Positions 44,701 to 46,524 of a DNA stretch of 64,000 nt are shown here, piece by piece (within the stretch, counting starts at the first letter, position 1; the number at the start of each line of letters is the position of its first letter). Origin of the DNA: Oopsacas minuta (lineage: Eukaryota > Animalia > Porifera); contig JAKMXF010000111.1 in the NCBI GenBank assembly GCA_024704765.1, forward strand, positions 1,256,619 to 1,320,618. The letters are read 5' to 3'. Position numbers and translations under genes: made by a program. The notes beneath the pieces were generated by a model, which saw only the letters and a program-made list of their open reading frames with translations, did no database searches and had not been told where the DNA came from.

Positions 44701-46478
44701 TATAGGCTGTATGGAGGATGAGATGATGTAAGATATTTCTCTAACCTTTGCTCTAACCAGAGGTTCTTTAGGTAACAACATATATCCTGGACGTGTCTCT
44801 TCAAGATACGCAATTATAGACAGCTGTTAAAATAATATCGATTAATACCACTAAGTACAAGTATATTATAAATAAATAATATGTATTATTAATAATTATT
44901 ACCGATTGAGTTAATGTATGTCCATCTATTATGAGAGTGGGTACTTCTTGCATCTGGTTAACCTTAGTGTATTCTTGTGAGTACTAGTAGAAAAACCGTG
45001 TAATAAATTTAAGAGTGAGACTATTGACACTGCCCGGTCTGTGCAAATAAAGACTTCATTAATTCGTTAATATTTATACTTGTGTAAAATACGTACACTT
45101 ATTATAACCATAGGCGCTAAACCTAGGGGGCTCGAGCCCCCCCCTGGATCTTTCAAGTTGTTAGGAATTCAGCGCCCCTGATTATAACCCATTGTATACC
45201 TGCTCGCCGCCATCCTTCAGGAGATGTACAGGGTTGTATTCGTATTCAATACCTTTAAGAGCCAAAGCTAGAATAAAGTAAAACAATAATAATACAATGA
45301 GCGATCATTGATCGTAACTTAACAAGCTTTAAAGAATGGATAAATGAGATATCAAATAAACTTAAATACAGTCAACAAACTCGAACTAATATTCACTTCG
45401 TTGTACTTTTATTACTTATCGCATCAGTTAACTCGAACATTCAATTTTTCGAACAGATTTTCAGGGTTCGAATTACTGATTGTTAATAGTATATTAATTA
45501 ACAATAATTTTTAAATAATTTTGATATGAATAGATTCTTTTAGGGTAAATAAATTCACGGAGTCTGTATTTCAAACTTTTTTACCAGAAAAAATATTTCC
45601 AGATTGATGCTGGATGTTTGAATTAGTTCATTTATTTGACAATCAAGATAAATGCAAGTTCAGCATATTGGAAGAATAGCGACACAATATATACCTAGGA
45701 CATGAAAATAATAAATTTATCAAAAATTATTCATGAATTAATCAAAAAGTATGAAAATGGGGTAAGAAATCGATTATAAAGCAAATTTGGTGAACATTTA
45801 TGCAGTTTGGATGAATAGAAGACATTATTCCAAGGAAATTACAAAATTTAAATTTTTACATTATGATGCCCTTAATTAAGACTACTTTTTAATACTCTTG
45901 ATTCATTCCGTGAATTTATTTACCCAAAAAAGGTTCAATTCGCAATCATCGGAAGCTTTATTTTTCTTTCATGAGGATTATAAAACTGGACTCTTATTTT
46001 TACTATGATTCGGCAGCATATATAGCTGTATTATAGTAAACTATGATGCGGAACATGTTTGGATATTGTTGTCATTTATTTCGCCAGTAATTAAGAAAAT
46101 TTACTGCCACAACCATAAAGATAACCTATTATTATCAAATTAACATAGCTCATTTTAATCTTCCAATCAATCGACTAAATTTATACGTACGGTATACGAC
46201 AACTTGTAAAATAATTAATGATAATATAATCCATCAATTGTGGAGCTAAATAATCATTGACAATGACAGTATTGCACAGTTTTGAGATCACTAAGAATAG
46301 ATATAGCTTGTTGATCCCTAGTCTACTCACCTATCCTCACTCTCCATGAACAACTACTTCTGAAATAGCTATAGAGAATTGGCTATAGAATGATAAAATA
46401 GAATAATTACTAGTTCATATCCAAGTATAATCTTGTATGGTATACCTTAATTGCTGATTGGACTGTAGATGCAGACAT
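1775..46478 (-). CDS. GSTZ1: Maleylacetoacetate isomerase / glutathione S-transferase zeta, 9 exons, 224 aa
   Basis: Hand-assembled complement(join(1775..1907,2374..2423,3069..3121,3275..3353,44698..44823,44903..44983,45200..45267,46331..46382,46446..46478)) = 675 nt. All introns are GT-AG and all phases are compatible. Translation MSASTVQSAIK|PILYSYFRSSCSWRVRI|ALALKGIEYEYNPVHLLKDGGEQ|YSQEYTKVNQMQEVPTLIIDGHTLTQS|LSIIAYLEETRPGYMLLPKEPLVRAKVREISYIISSSIQPIQ|NLRVLNKIGKDGSAEWGHYWIKHGFD|ALEAILKETAGKYCVGNE|ITMADLCLVPQFFNAAR|FKVEVEPYPTICRIVEELEKNEAFKAAHPFNQPDCPEDLKQSS* contains the zeta-class SSCSWRVRIAL signature and the C-terminal HP-x-x-QPD motif. Confidence 0.93.
2213..2366. mobile_element. Tc1/mariner (pogo-like) MITE in GSTZ1 intron 8
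   Basis: cagtacaacctcgtaagtac at the left and gtactaacgaggtttacgtactg at the right are imperfect inverted repeats; TA on the left flank. Confidence 0.6.
3768..7223 (-). CDS. R1: receptor tyrosine kinase (SRCR-like + EGF array + TM + TK), ~1151 aa
   Basis: Probable start MLVFAFLLIAG at 7223 (signal peptide; matches the R2 start). Cys-rich SRCR-like domain, 13 near-identical EGF units plus flanking EGFs, TM IVYAVPIVVIVIIIVIVILVVVLFFLLL, kinase motifs GSGQFG, VAIK, HRDLAARN, DFG, KWTAPE. Single exon. Confidence 0.92.
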   Translation of the reverse strand: MLVFAFLLIAGTVVLQTSSSCNYGQTKRAGKRLQICENGDTYSDVCFSGWSLNESSVFCLSRDRPSAKESWEQGEATSGVKVDCIGTELHLSECTFSVVDDCFELLKVTCQNCNDENPCPATGVCVNNKKCECINNCENGGSCHAGMCYCPSGYSGDTCEDILCPLGCQNGGNCLSNGTCECPGLYYGDSCQNLSCQPDCQNDGNCTSNGTCECTGLYYGDSCQNLSCQPDCQNDGNCTSNGTCECTGLYYGDSCENLSCHPDCQNDGNCTSNGTCECPGLYYGDSCQNLSCQPDCQNDGNCTSNGTCECPGLYYGDSCENLSCHPDCQNDGNCTSNGTCECTGLYYGDSCQNLSCQPDCQNDGNCTSNGTCECTGLYYGDSCQNLSCQPDCQNDGNCLSNGTCECPGLYYGDSCQNLSCQPDCQNDGNCTSNGTCECPGLYYGDSCQNLSCQPDCQNDGNCTSNGTCECTGLYYGDSCQNLSCQPDCQNDGNCTSNGTCECTGLYYGDSCENLSCQPDCQNDGNCTSNGTCECPGLYYGDSCQNLSCQPDCQNDGNCLSNGTCECTHMYYGDSCETKACSPKCRETQICNEGVCECDPLYPNCQFLQCEPKCKPNQSCNNGICECKSGSIGNTCRDIQLESTSKTILTDVSTGPVVEAITFPIVYAVPIVVIVIIIVIVILVVVLFFLLLTRTHKSKGNRPAQDEIYAEVNPQDIQLVPSECSVNEVVYRSPKSEVNPHVESTDFNLNFPNPTYSSINEQGQILPPFAMKTAPESYENIYGELGISDDVNDLYQTYEEASQCSYIGSSMVVPRYELRSESVYESADGSASRQLSQKSDTFFEQGSIYLEPPKNLSLLFNQMSDMRYREIAVSAIERQEQIGSGQFGAVYKGLWHTSGMESNPFKANKPLLVAIKTLHDSSTIELKLTFLQEAAIMGQFSHPNVLRLLGIVSLTEPFMIVTELMHIELLKFVVVLRKSTLQRSQMYSLYLKLSREIASGMTYLSSKNFIHRDLAARNVLLAKDLTCRISDFGLSRQLRDEGDYYTSKGGKIPLKWTAPEAIFYQRYSEKSDVWSFGMTLYEIWSLGEKPWPGYSNEDVLQAYANSDVMDRPTGCPEGIFSVMLECWQINAEIRPSFQEISSMLATSDESFC
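5493..6740 (-). repeat. Coding tandem array, 13 x 96 bp (32-aa EGF-like unit)
   Basis: caagataaat recurs every 96 bp from 5581 to 6637 (12 copies of LSCQPDCQNDGNCTSNGTCECxGLYYGDSCxN), plus one ILCPLG variant unit. Confidence 0.97.
7943..8106. mobile_element. PIF/Harbinger (Tourist-like) MITE
   Basis: TIRs ggggccgttcaatgttacgcaac / gttacgtaacgtttgaacgacacc, with TTA on both flanks (7940..7942, 8107..8109). Confidence 0.7.
8521..8657. mobile_element. Small inverted-repeat element (MITE-like)
   Basis: aagattcatgaacggac near the left end versus gtctgttcgtgaacctt near the right end; no clear TSD. Confidence 0.4.
9017..10297 (-). CDS. R2: kinase-less paralogue of R1 (SRCR-like + EGF + Cys-rich TM + short tail), 426 aa
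   Basis: The N-terminal part is nearly identical to R1 at DNA level but has only 3 of the 96-bp units. TM and tail are unrelated to R1; no kinase. Confidence 0.9.
   Translation of the reverse strand: MLVFALLLIAGTVVLQTSSSCNFGETKSRYGRLQICENGDTYSDVCFSGWSLNESSVFCLSGDRPGAEESWEEGGRTSGVKVDCIGTELHLSECRYSVVDECFELLRVTCQMCDDENPCPATGVCVDDTTCECINNCENGGSCHAGMCYCPSGYSGDTCEDILCPLGCQNGGNCLSNGTCECPGLYYGDSCQNLSCQPDCQNDGNCTSNGTCECTGLYYGDSCQNLSCQPDCQNDGNCLSNGTCECPGLYYGDSCERILCLKECQNNGSCLTNCTCVCFDHSSDDSFGNNLFNSDCLIPNSITSIPDNWLILCVIISTTFMVGCGCGVLCVCLCTLFCIAIKKVKCNQSHRVQRIYSNSNFPNKESSDVETKTPKRTRSIVYSYAIPWDFMRSRFHHDTKDHNTQPTSITPYAVRYFDNIKIEELT
10675..10993. mobile_element. pogo-like MITE (cagtcaactc...gttgactg) interrupted by a second MITE
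   Basis: TIRs at both ends; related to the copies at 58740..58909 and 63757..63923. Confidence 0.7.
10721..10888. mobile_element. Nested Tc1/mariner-type MITE with TA duplication
   Basis: cagtcagggccgcctattatcaac / gttcataatgagcacctttactg inverted ends, with TA at 10719..10720 and 10889..10890. Confidence 0.7.
11064..13040 (-). CDS. R3: receptor tyrosine kinase with short degenerate SRCR-like ectodomain, 658 aa
   Basis: Signal peptide, Cys-rich ectodomain, TM IGIVVGSVLSVILIVIALFSIILVLI, kinase AQGQFG, VAVK, HRDLAARN, DFG. Confidence 0.92.
   Translation of the reverse strand: MYSNILLVYLLSLSVLTFYLSYTFAQSCSRDGDKRVTSIGNLSNVIQICLNSNNRTLEWKFLCFNDEGLGDISTNEFCLGMVHIGSVESYESSNNNLKPVLTNCDGNKYISYCNFTSTCNYVNESDYCHLCHNSLEPKCELDVDGTSQQNNNEIGIVVGSVLSVILIVIALFSIILVLIKCMRFKNTHHGDIRSVSHSSNRYGTLANNDHTDRTFPLMDDDSFDSYPSENLSYERRPRIESAGGSFDSIDPIPQMAIPPVPPSNSSLTAYANSSRKYESPIQPKSPTTTKSKSNLLDCHKEEDFYTSILDGYVDTEYYASISKRGVSKNHHLTSSGKIYVEPPRYIKSLRHDPNIEVNKDKLKIGQLIAQGQFGIVYSAQYSSPDGTIDVAVKKLKDYTNNEAENAFIKEAMILNQFKHPNVLRLIGVVSSSPYMMITELLKSELRELLLKLKESQLDKCQLLPSLLLQFCLNITAGMKYLAEMQFIHRDLAARNVLVSKNLTCRIADFGMTRQFGMEGDYTSKGGQIPFRWCAPEAVFYQKYSEKSDVWSLGMTMYEIWSLGMRPWPYSTNEEIVRALSVGTKLPPPTGCNRDVYKTMIETWRSEKSERPTFSKVLSMLIEIELPPPVPQTDPVLIIGNDPRLSVNLYKSLQTNQDY
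13485..15884 (-). CDS. R4: receptor tyrosine kinase (SRCR-like + EGF + mucin stalk + TM + TK), 799 aa
   Basis: WTFVCFEGWSSSEAYVYCRRAGY SRCR-like core, EGF, Thr-rich repeats, TM, and intact kinase motifs (VAIK, HRDLAARN, DFG). Confidence 0.93.
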   Translation of the reverse strand: MYFYQRILRVVQLLLLTSGVVFSDSCDVEGDERVVSAANRNDVIQICFENNGVKSWTFVCFEGWSSSEAYVYCRRAGYILSDYSGLGASNIISDGMVKLINLDCSSDSMSLLDCSHSTTMEDCHYVSAVEFSCRRCSNAETDCNAGICEEGRCVCEEACMNGGFCFLGECICPTGISGVDCSIHDITVGTTSHDTQQLTQPLTTISTTISTQIPTSNQTNVESTMPTTETILSTTETTMPTTETTMPTTETTMPTTETTMPTTETTMPTIETILPTTKTILSTTETTMPTTETIMLTTESILSTTETILPTIDCTSSGLNQGNCSESAVDNNISIIGLVISLVIAISISIILSVLIILVICLTCRKKSTDKLLQEPRTLILDNLEGRDLNTNNPTVTTCDNVAGEEVIYSEVVEIYCDSPINSLRNSSNIYHTISQDPSPYQDPTHFLLEYNNIEHYMSIVGGEVIEPSMYANLLSQKIDPNQLIDSIHFGVSVNSLYKSTIVDSPYLEPPKNFPELKHMVDAYIHEIRAEDIEIGEKFASGQFGVVYRGKYSTGKGDIPVAIKTLKETVGTNKDTKMDFMREAAILTQFHHPYVLRLIGILTTQEPWMMVTELLKTELRQLLLQIRPTASSDKLNIQNLLLKFSQEIAAGMEHLADKKFIHRDLAARNVLVAKDLSVRVADFGMSRGIDCDNDYYTSSGGGRVPLRWTAPEALFYNKFSEKSDVWSFGMTLYEIWSLGDKPWEGCNNEEVIQALTNGDTLSQPVRCPEKMYQIMLETWRQDPKMRPTFRQISKCSLDS
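13589..14272. repeat. 684-bp perfect inverted repeat, copy A (R4 kinase core)
   Basis: Base-by-base comparison with 18176..18859 found no mismatch. Confidence 0.95.
14943..15215 (-). repeat. Coding minisatellite 13 x 21 bp (TMPTTET/ILSTTET mucin-like stalk)
   Basis: gtcgtaggcatagtagtttct-type units in frame within R4. Confidence 0.9.
16990..18966 (+). CDS. R5: receptor tyrosine kinase with divergent Cys-rich ectodomain, 658 aa
   Basis: Signal peptide, Cys-rich region plus Ser/Thr stalk, TM YLAYVLPIGGIFIILLIAVLIPIIVCLIC; kinase core identical to R4. Confidence 0.92.
   Translation: MKLALVVSLLIIFALWQCRSQECSMVNEIEDLQCNELREVRSDAISSSSNCRSFITYRNSSENCQDIPHEDEDYLDGIIVIKCTRNDGIICLKSEMKFRCTSCEDDANGRGFCNCNCMAECEVSDEKETWDIISTVNITQQVISRISTNQPTSPTINEITDAPTANNTTIRNNSSPTPDLPLNTKQYLAYVLPIGGIFIILLIAVLIPIIVCLICRRVLSKGKDPELDTHSMDISQLYINPHISSTNESNYSTISEIEPNNTCNSLRNHSNQDTSNGITSNRLSENMYQEIRSSLISEATTPGEMIQNVLYNFGATNETDISNNFYHVLVAGEVIQPNIYDQIIEVNSLYSKDNTSNEQRDFHNYIEPPKNFPELKHMVDAYIHEIKAEDIEIGEEFASGQFGVVYRGKYSTGKGDIPVAIKTLKETVGTNKDTKMDFMREAAILTQFHHPYVLRLIGILTTQEPWMMVTELLKTELRQLLLQIRPTASSDKLNIQNLLLKFSQEIAAGMEHLADKKFIHRDLAARNVLVAKDLSVRVADFGMSRGIDCDNDYYTSSGGGRVPLRWTAPEALFYNKFSEKSDVWSFGMTLYEIWSLGDKPWEGCNNEEVIQALTNGDTLSQPVQCPDQIYQIMLETWKQDKDYRPSFSQLNRELNLPI
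18176..18859. repeat. 684-bp perfect inverted repeat, copy B (R5 kinase core)
   Basis: Reverse complement of 13589..14272. Confidence 0.95.
21206..23752 (+). CDS. R6: receptor tyrosine kinase (SRCR-like + multiple EGF + TM + TK), 848 aa
   Basis: Signal peptide, SRCR-like domain, about six EGF units, TM, kinase GSGEFG, VAMK, HRDLAARN, DFG. Confidence 0.93.
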   Translation: MHILNILSVILLGITFLGLGRCELCDKVGEIRSENLEIMDSLSQSYAQICLQQSSSLEWSHICSEQTSEGFAWPSDNGYVWCRSMKRIPQSDHIGSITASTYGVGDIKLASASCDRIDHEDLYACNHTTTTEGCRYLHGLVCVSCSEAVPCNGNGSCSEGMCECNNNCMNGGFCDLGICQCRYPYYGENCEYKYCVSSCNDNEFCLNSSGTCICKDSYYGDSCQYKICPDTCGEKGECNNQTGLCQCEPNYFGITCQSKNCTPSCSQNGTCDETVGLCQCNAPYYGNSCQYLGINCTNKCLNRGICNFTNAMCECSANFRGNSCEIALSRFEENIVISIGILACTVVILIGLVVLVVIMCIVIKRRKRGSKQNGKIKNIELSEDQIQASQENITESKTNIKPKRKLKDNKTYIKSLNSSKGTEAQMISLNQNGNNFHASTTSSPYTQLGTLEYISYEREEVHAMFLNGDRTGEELYEAYTRINDSILPSRNATIVLSQEERDSIHSQNNEPIYETCLRRGKDTNVVKFSDSTEYCEPPDNLPKIFDRMSLMKFREINPDTLEKLDYLGSGEFGIVYKGIWDTGREKIDVAMKILKSSDEGVKTAFMREAAIMGQFSHPNILKLMGVLSLSEPFMIVTEYMNGDLPKLLINLKPSGINFSLIPPVLLKFCNEIVTGMEYLASKNCVHRDLAARNVLLSRNMVCKIADFGMSREFKENYDYYKCSGGLIPVKWTAPESIFYQRYSEKSDVWAFGMTMFEIWSLGYKPWHNKSNEDILQKMQSRQVMHPPTGCPKEIYAIMLETWKYEVDERITFKLLRQLLRKPIQFQTNTSSHPADVLGNDPSLVRGFD
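24417..24605. mobile_element. hAT-type MITE with 8-bp TSD
   Basis: TIRs caggggtagcgcca / tagcgccacccctg; identical CTTTGAAA at 24409..24416 and 24606..24613. Confidence 0.85.
25193..27493 (+). CDS. R7: receptor tyrosine kinase (4 EGF + TM + TK, no SRCR), ~766 aa
   Basis: ATG at 25193 (MSKIKSIIFVLL signal peptide); EGF block directly after the signal; kinase GTGEFG, VAVK, HRDLAARN, DFG. Confidence 0.92.
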   Translation: MSKIKSIIFVLLICLMTQVITVLTCTNSSQCNGSAVCGSGGVCVCEFPNFGADCELRNCSPPCNINQTCNNQTGICQCKVPFYGNNCELRGSVCPAQCLNGGSCNFADGTCLCANSYHGDVCELRVCIPACKNGGVCISPNHCKCVNGTYGVLCEEFLDDLNITDFPLIFGVSIGLIVFCWCWVIYVIIILTTEAFCICRRRINKKSTPQPHLSLRTQSSIRIPMHLPTVNLEAGTFDIQNLGMTDIERRRSHLVRNQYYNSNESIEYRGCNTETVAYIDPDLLSVSPNRNYNVPNNDQLAASEGHCITNHHIREASLNAGLYHDNSDVYILPDNKNTGPALPPKPRPKAKFEETRKRLRKQRSNSYANDDYIIYETIGEEDRTMDTMYSLLSKPNKSERRCVVLSNEERNSLPRGKTSYSTFPGLLKQRRQTRYFKEAPIYDKPSTTLDKLFDQMSGMNFREIVPDTLITSELLGTGEFGIVCKGAWISRLGEVPVAVKTLREPSTEERKIALFQEALIMGQFSHPNVIRILGIVSIREPYAIVSELMKTEMLVFLRTVRNSKIDLNKLPPLLLRFCREIAAGMQYLASKRFVHRDLAARNILIANNYTIRIADFGMAREIINNSEYYSTSGGNIPVRWTAPEALFNQLYSEKSDVWSFGMTMFEIWSLGLNPWYNLSNDEVIRAIHGHRVHPPPTGCPRDVYFIMVEALRYEVKKRCVFTQFRQMLEAPIVLLKPTTGTNADVLGNDPNLAKDLYSDLQTKYMY
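25279..25660 (+). repeat. 382-bp identical EGF cassette, copy A (in R7)
   Basis: No mismatch against 39597..39978. Confidence 0.95.
27990..29891 (-). CDS. R8: receptor tyrosine pseudokinase with ~45-aa ectodomain, 633 aa
   Basis: Signal peptide, stub ectodomain, Cys-rich TM. In the kinase fold the Gly-loop is replaced by SEAQFFD and the beta3 Lys by Arg (VAIR); HRDLASRN and DFG are retained. Confidence 0.88.
   Translation of the reverse strand: MSVFIYLYIIFLVYVGNESNALLTDCAYQNDTLTFTNSTSLYTLICDSSSIACIILQCFFSNNAISLYLLVIPLFGVFALLCCCLLCPCMICICLSACCATRKKYSLDNVPVVLATSQMNRNVYENSVLSDTHGSTNQMPMSTITSSGDRPLNDSSIIYESFKLDGRSQSTGSNLKNQTMHESPQQRFKKAAPPYSEPNVVSPTSTMELIMANDYSDRDEDLHDDSTIYDEVSDIYRAYELGRNLNKVSESMYQQITENHTVKDDYKTAVIVLNSTERNNVGNDYEVVFEKVPDSNLDKTNFFKQQAGLKIPSKDISTIYNEMSKSNFREINRKTLSPQEKLSEAQFFDTFKGNWASNYGDIPVAIRALNNSENTDEVVGVLREAAVMGQFYHPNILKLFGVVTLGKPYLIVTELHKDQLDSFLFKLNKSPIEKSKFPTLLHKFCIEICLGMEYLSNLKFIHRDLASRNVLLTINLSCRIADFGMCCELKTEKEYHRSSGVHIPVRWTAPESIFYRRFSEKSDVWSFGMTMYEVWGMSLKPWCTLTTEEVVDTLLHHNLPTPPTGCSRNIYELMIEIWNPEPENRPTFSDLCVKLNDIKLSKGIETDPMNLVGNEPSLSKYLYLDLQKRYKTK
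30220..31212 (-). CDS. R9: kinase-less receptor (EGF + Cys-rich TM + Tyr/Pro-motif tail), 330 aa
   Basis: Signal peptide, EGF CQNGGVCVLNDCYCPSEFFGSRC, TM; tail with YTDM, YQEM, YTNM and RPLPPRPP. Confidence 0.87.
   Translation of the reverse strand: MKSTLIFFLICHFITLIKSEDTSVTVCLEDMKVCLPAACVPGTPNQVCTVTVCNDDSIICQNGGVCVLNDCYCPSEFFGSRCEFSASDLNNISTSTDVSVAPTGLLGLDIGYPLYLTLIIPSVGVTAIIICHICLLCCIPALVACRLCGKRKSQKRIARLGSRRMAGNETQSHQLNLQNITNLENHHVSILHDYTDMNITTHVESPPATESYQEMNNPVNSFETRPLPPRPPVGPRDRIQNLNIPLKPSHKIIPRQSCEYSYPFVTFMNNKGNGGIVGVAKVRRSVTEENNNPVQAEVVSSRESGYTNMEPKYVIQQHDDRNSVEDINNV
32553..33689 (+). CDS. R10: kinase-less SRCR-like/EGF receptor, 378 aa
   Basis: GNVICRALGY and LNCAGNETRLTDC SRCR-like motifs, EGFs, TM, Tyr-containing tail. 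Confidence 0.9.
   Translation: MRLIFSFIFTAFWKQIVAPEVREVCQSLGAVREFTNSAYPQLCNDVGGMLEWNYFCNNIIMNDGNVICRALGYPGYESVEEIHLDIFNPITKIANLNCAGNETRLTDCPYSETTNSCMVAKGLICTRCSVNSMCSGPIGQCTMNGKCKCSEGCISGYCYLGRCICSDGFAGTTCNECDPQCDNGGICSASGMCECMSLYSGDRCEFNNSIITPTNSTISIVDSLTLIIIAAAVPSLIFSCTLIIICFGILAFLMFFVSQIKPSLGRKKVENTKMTEMTVQNTNKQFSNRKPHEYELEFENSHDYYYIRNSQVGQNSSNPFLTTQVRDDNYEIIESRNMSNQAKKQEDPPQDFSTNSTSNLVDKDPKSDYVIDDINDYS
33880..34107 (-). mobile_element. Interspersed repeat, HINE/DINE-1 (Helentron)-like non-autonomous element
   Basis: Its reverse complement aligns with 40711..40920 (gtcacgc...ataggttcagttcataaa...tactggggtaatcgagtatgctgattccgaat). (ctgt)-type microsatellite at one end; gcaagcgatgc...ctact end resembles gcaagcgaagcacgctagt at ~1585..1603. 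Family assignment is inference. Confidence 0.55.
34293..35423 (-). CDS. R11: kinase-less SRCR-like/EGF receptor, inverted paralogue of R10, 376 aa
   Basis: Same architecture and shared motifs (CQSLGxVR, YPQLC, SLTLIIIAAAVPSLI, YELEF); tail-to-tail with R10. Confidence 0.9.
   Translation of the reverse strand: MRLILYLLLSTLWYQIEAQTAPQICQSLGSVRLYNDMYPQLCSNASGTQIWNSFCGDFGKKEAKVFCKVLGFPMQDSATPTSMTVTALAIDNLVCMGDETTLNQCSYSELLTCSVTVLSCISCTNNSMCLGGQCSMNGKCVCLNDCENGGYCFLGKCLCSDGFGGPTCSGCDPQCENEGVCTANGTCQCMPSYSGERCEFNNTTVKFPSTNTSFFPEVVPTDSSLTLIIIAAAVPSLILSCTLIIICFGILACLAIMVCLMKPKFGRKTVDENAKMTVITEHSSEKSSYINSPQYELEFDISHNYCCIQDTLVEQNSSNPLVTIPVYNGNSKSIQPRNTFNESDRAKDDLLPDFPTNSTSDVVQRSFYVIDNMNDN
36466..38016 (-). 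CDS. R12: kinase-less SRCR-like/EGF receptor with Tyr-motif tail, 516 aa
   Basis: Signal peptide, PQIC SRCR-like domain, EGFs including a 99-bp duplication (units offset 37211/37310), TM, tail with YTVV, YVEM, YENQ x2 and PPALPP. Confidence 0.9.
   Translation of the reverse strand: MRIFIYSSIILFCAVFCPVDGIEGPPVEPCQISGDTRIYFDDSNRSFPQICAYFNASNISISFFDAGLYFMSMCYNGNWAPSGGNSENFCYLSGYINDDAMIMPVYVGDIGTPKYTNFACLGNPSPTNISECGGYVMTGLCHYVSGLTCESCTSYTDCLGDDDSICNVDGTCSCKQCENGVCYVGGCVCFHGYAGDDCEDRICSPPCQNSGNCQDNGICECQFPYTGEYCETLMTCSSPCQNSGNCQDNGICECQFPYTGEYCEILMTCSPPCPSSSRCLVNLNDGVFSCCAGQIVDNICIPTTTFINNTTESPVTGTSSIFSDPILLGIVVFGVLFGFILLVSFLCLCLCIMVCFMMKNKWHKNVKPEKLDLQMPDFLERTSTIYTVVDERRMMDHGMPPALPPARDESFYVEMDSRPPMPNSNSIDEPSEKKTSHYEVEDSVLEAKTSLNREGFDSTTNYENQIVNASNHEEPAIRNLPILMEASSPNLLLKKQDSDWKENAYENQSVVEYDES
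38574..38700. mobile_element. hAT-like MITE
   Basis: TIRs cagggccggtgcc / ggcgccggcccta; the flanking 8-mers do not match well. Confidence 0.6.
39181..40446 (+). CDS. R13: kinase-less receptor (SRCR-like + 4 EGF + TM + Tyr-motif tail), 421 aa
   Basis: WLRICADE...IDCDGDETRLEEC SRCR-like domain; EGF block identical to R7; tail with YVNI, YSTM, YDNV and YIEL. Confidence 0.9.
   Translation: MNILFYYLVILLLTYNIHVIVETRSLTGNYTRERLVTDETGSRCVNEYRYESDNNVSWLRICADEMSEHTVSLLCRNLLDLSTNSIEINDSESPKNRNEKVRIDCDGDETRLEECNVEIVNSCKTILHDKVCVNCSQNSQCNGSAVCGSGGVCVCEFPNFGADCELRNCSPPCNINQTCNNQTGICQCKVPFYGNNCELRGSVCPAQCLNGGSCNFADGTCLCANSYHGDVCELRVCIPACKNGGVCISPNHCKCVNGTYGVLCEEVDSDIFRHGLTVGVSLAVIVFFILVIICMIILLCIQLKKLMKYKLDGISIRKKKIQKELKREVQMEDYVNIPKEIHRQQAHLTQIQAVIPNLNRNRLSEVYYAIPQQLRNTEYREEGYSTMRLHYDNVIAAESCQDIESGQQEQRTETPEYIELQ
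39597..39978 (+). repeat. 382-bp identical EGF cassette, copy B (in R13)
   Basis: No mismatch against 25279..25660. Confidence 0.95.
40711..40920 (+). mobile_element. Second copy of the HINE/DINE-like repeat
   Basis: Aligns with the reverse complement of 33880..34107. Confidence 0.55.
40964..41961. mobile_element. Possible degenerate hAT-type element bounded by cagggg...cccctg ends
   Basis: caggggg...gtcgacaaagtgcggcccc versus gcggcccactttgcagacccctg; TSD only partly matching. The ends may belong to separate fragments. Confidence 0.35.
41161..41215. repeat. (AAT)n microsatellite
   Basis: Pure taa/aat run; a second run with aac variants lies at ~41662..41735. Confidence 0.95.
42538..44112 (+). 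CDS. R14: kinase-less receptor (SRCR + EGF + mucin stalk + TM + tandem Tyr-motif tail), 524 aa
   Basis: Clearest SRCR core (WYQICDNGWDIDDADVWCKQLGY), EGF CECVGLYYGDSCQ resembling the R1 unit, Thr-rich stalk, TM, tail with four PYYST[VA] repeats. Confidence 0.92.
   Translation: MNYIYLQFLLLILVIAYTNSESCDVYGELREVKEGRKNSPQVCDYDNSGSLNWYQICDNGWDIDDADVWCKQLGYIEAENKGKSVKKPGNNRNTVKMNNFNCNPDTDKKLVDCSNVKQTNKCDYVTDIKCKRCDSDIQCIGVGSCNIGSGICKCSNNSTCGVGMMCKEERCECIRSSCQTCQQECQNDGICQNDGTCECVGLYYGDSCQDKLCTNECPDNSFCVTVGECVVTVIPTTEPKTTLVEIPITTTKQSIATITTERPTTMLSTKAHITTLPIVLPTVTTKLLEVTNSDHSTTKPEKEVPNTPEQDSRPGLTLMEKLILSISISAGLACIIITCIAVLSICFISNIRKKRKRVLMKENEYEEMAALPSCSFHESANCSDNISISSPIEYDSVVEEVMSYSTIDSVSEFVNATNQAPYYSTVRESIPVDEVAVEELPYYSTVGEIIPAISIEEPAPYYSTVGENNLDSEAVNTEVQAPYYSTAGDISTGNEPGIYESIEFGYRDYENVNENNPIEPYLIT
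45109..45180. mobile_element. 72-bp hAT-type mini-element with 8-bp TSD in GSTZ1 intron 3
   Basis: Ends cataggcgctaa / tcagcgcccctg; ATTATAAC at 45101..45108 and 45181..45188. Confidence 0.8.
45369..45489. mobile_element. pogo-like MITE in GSTZ1 intron 2 (second copy ~40565..40690)
   Basis: ta|cagtcaac start; internal ttcacttcgttgtactttta...cttatcgcat...gttaactcgaacattc shared with 40565..40690. Confidence 0.55.
45543..45925. mobile_element. MITE-like element in GSTZ1 intron 2
   Basis: Perfect 19-bp inverted ends gggtaaataaattcacgga / tccgtgaatttatttaccc. Confidence 0.65.
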
Positions 46479-46524
46479 AACTGGCTACACACTGATAATA
46501 TCAAATTACTTCTGAGCTAATATA

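Larger units (their letters stand above)
44698..46478 (-). other. GSTZ1: GSTZ1 exons 1-5 (5' block)
   Basis: Exons 46446..46478, 46331..46382, 45200..45267, 44903..44983 and 44698..44823 encode the thioredoxin-fold N-domain with SSCSWRVRIAL. Confidence 0.93.

Noticed and set aside
44509-44781. Stand-alone 90-aa ORF MLLPKEPLVRAK...
   Set aside because: It is GSTZ1 exon 5 read through its donor into intron 5.
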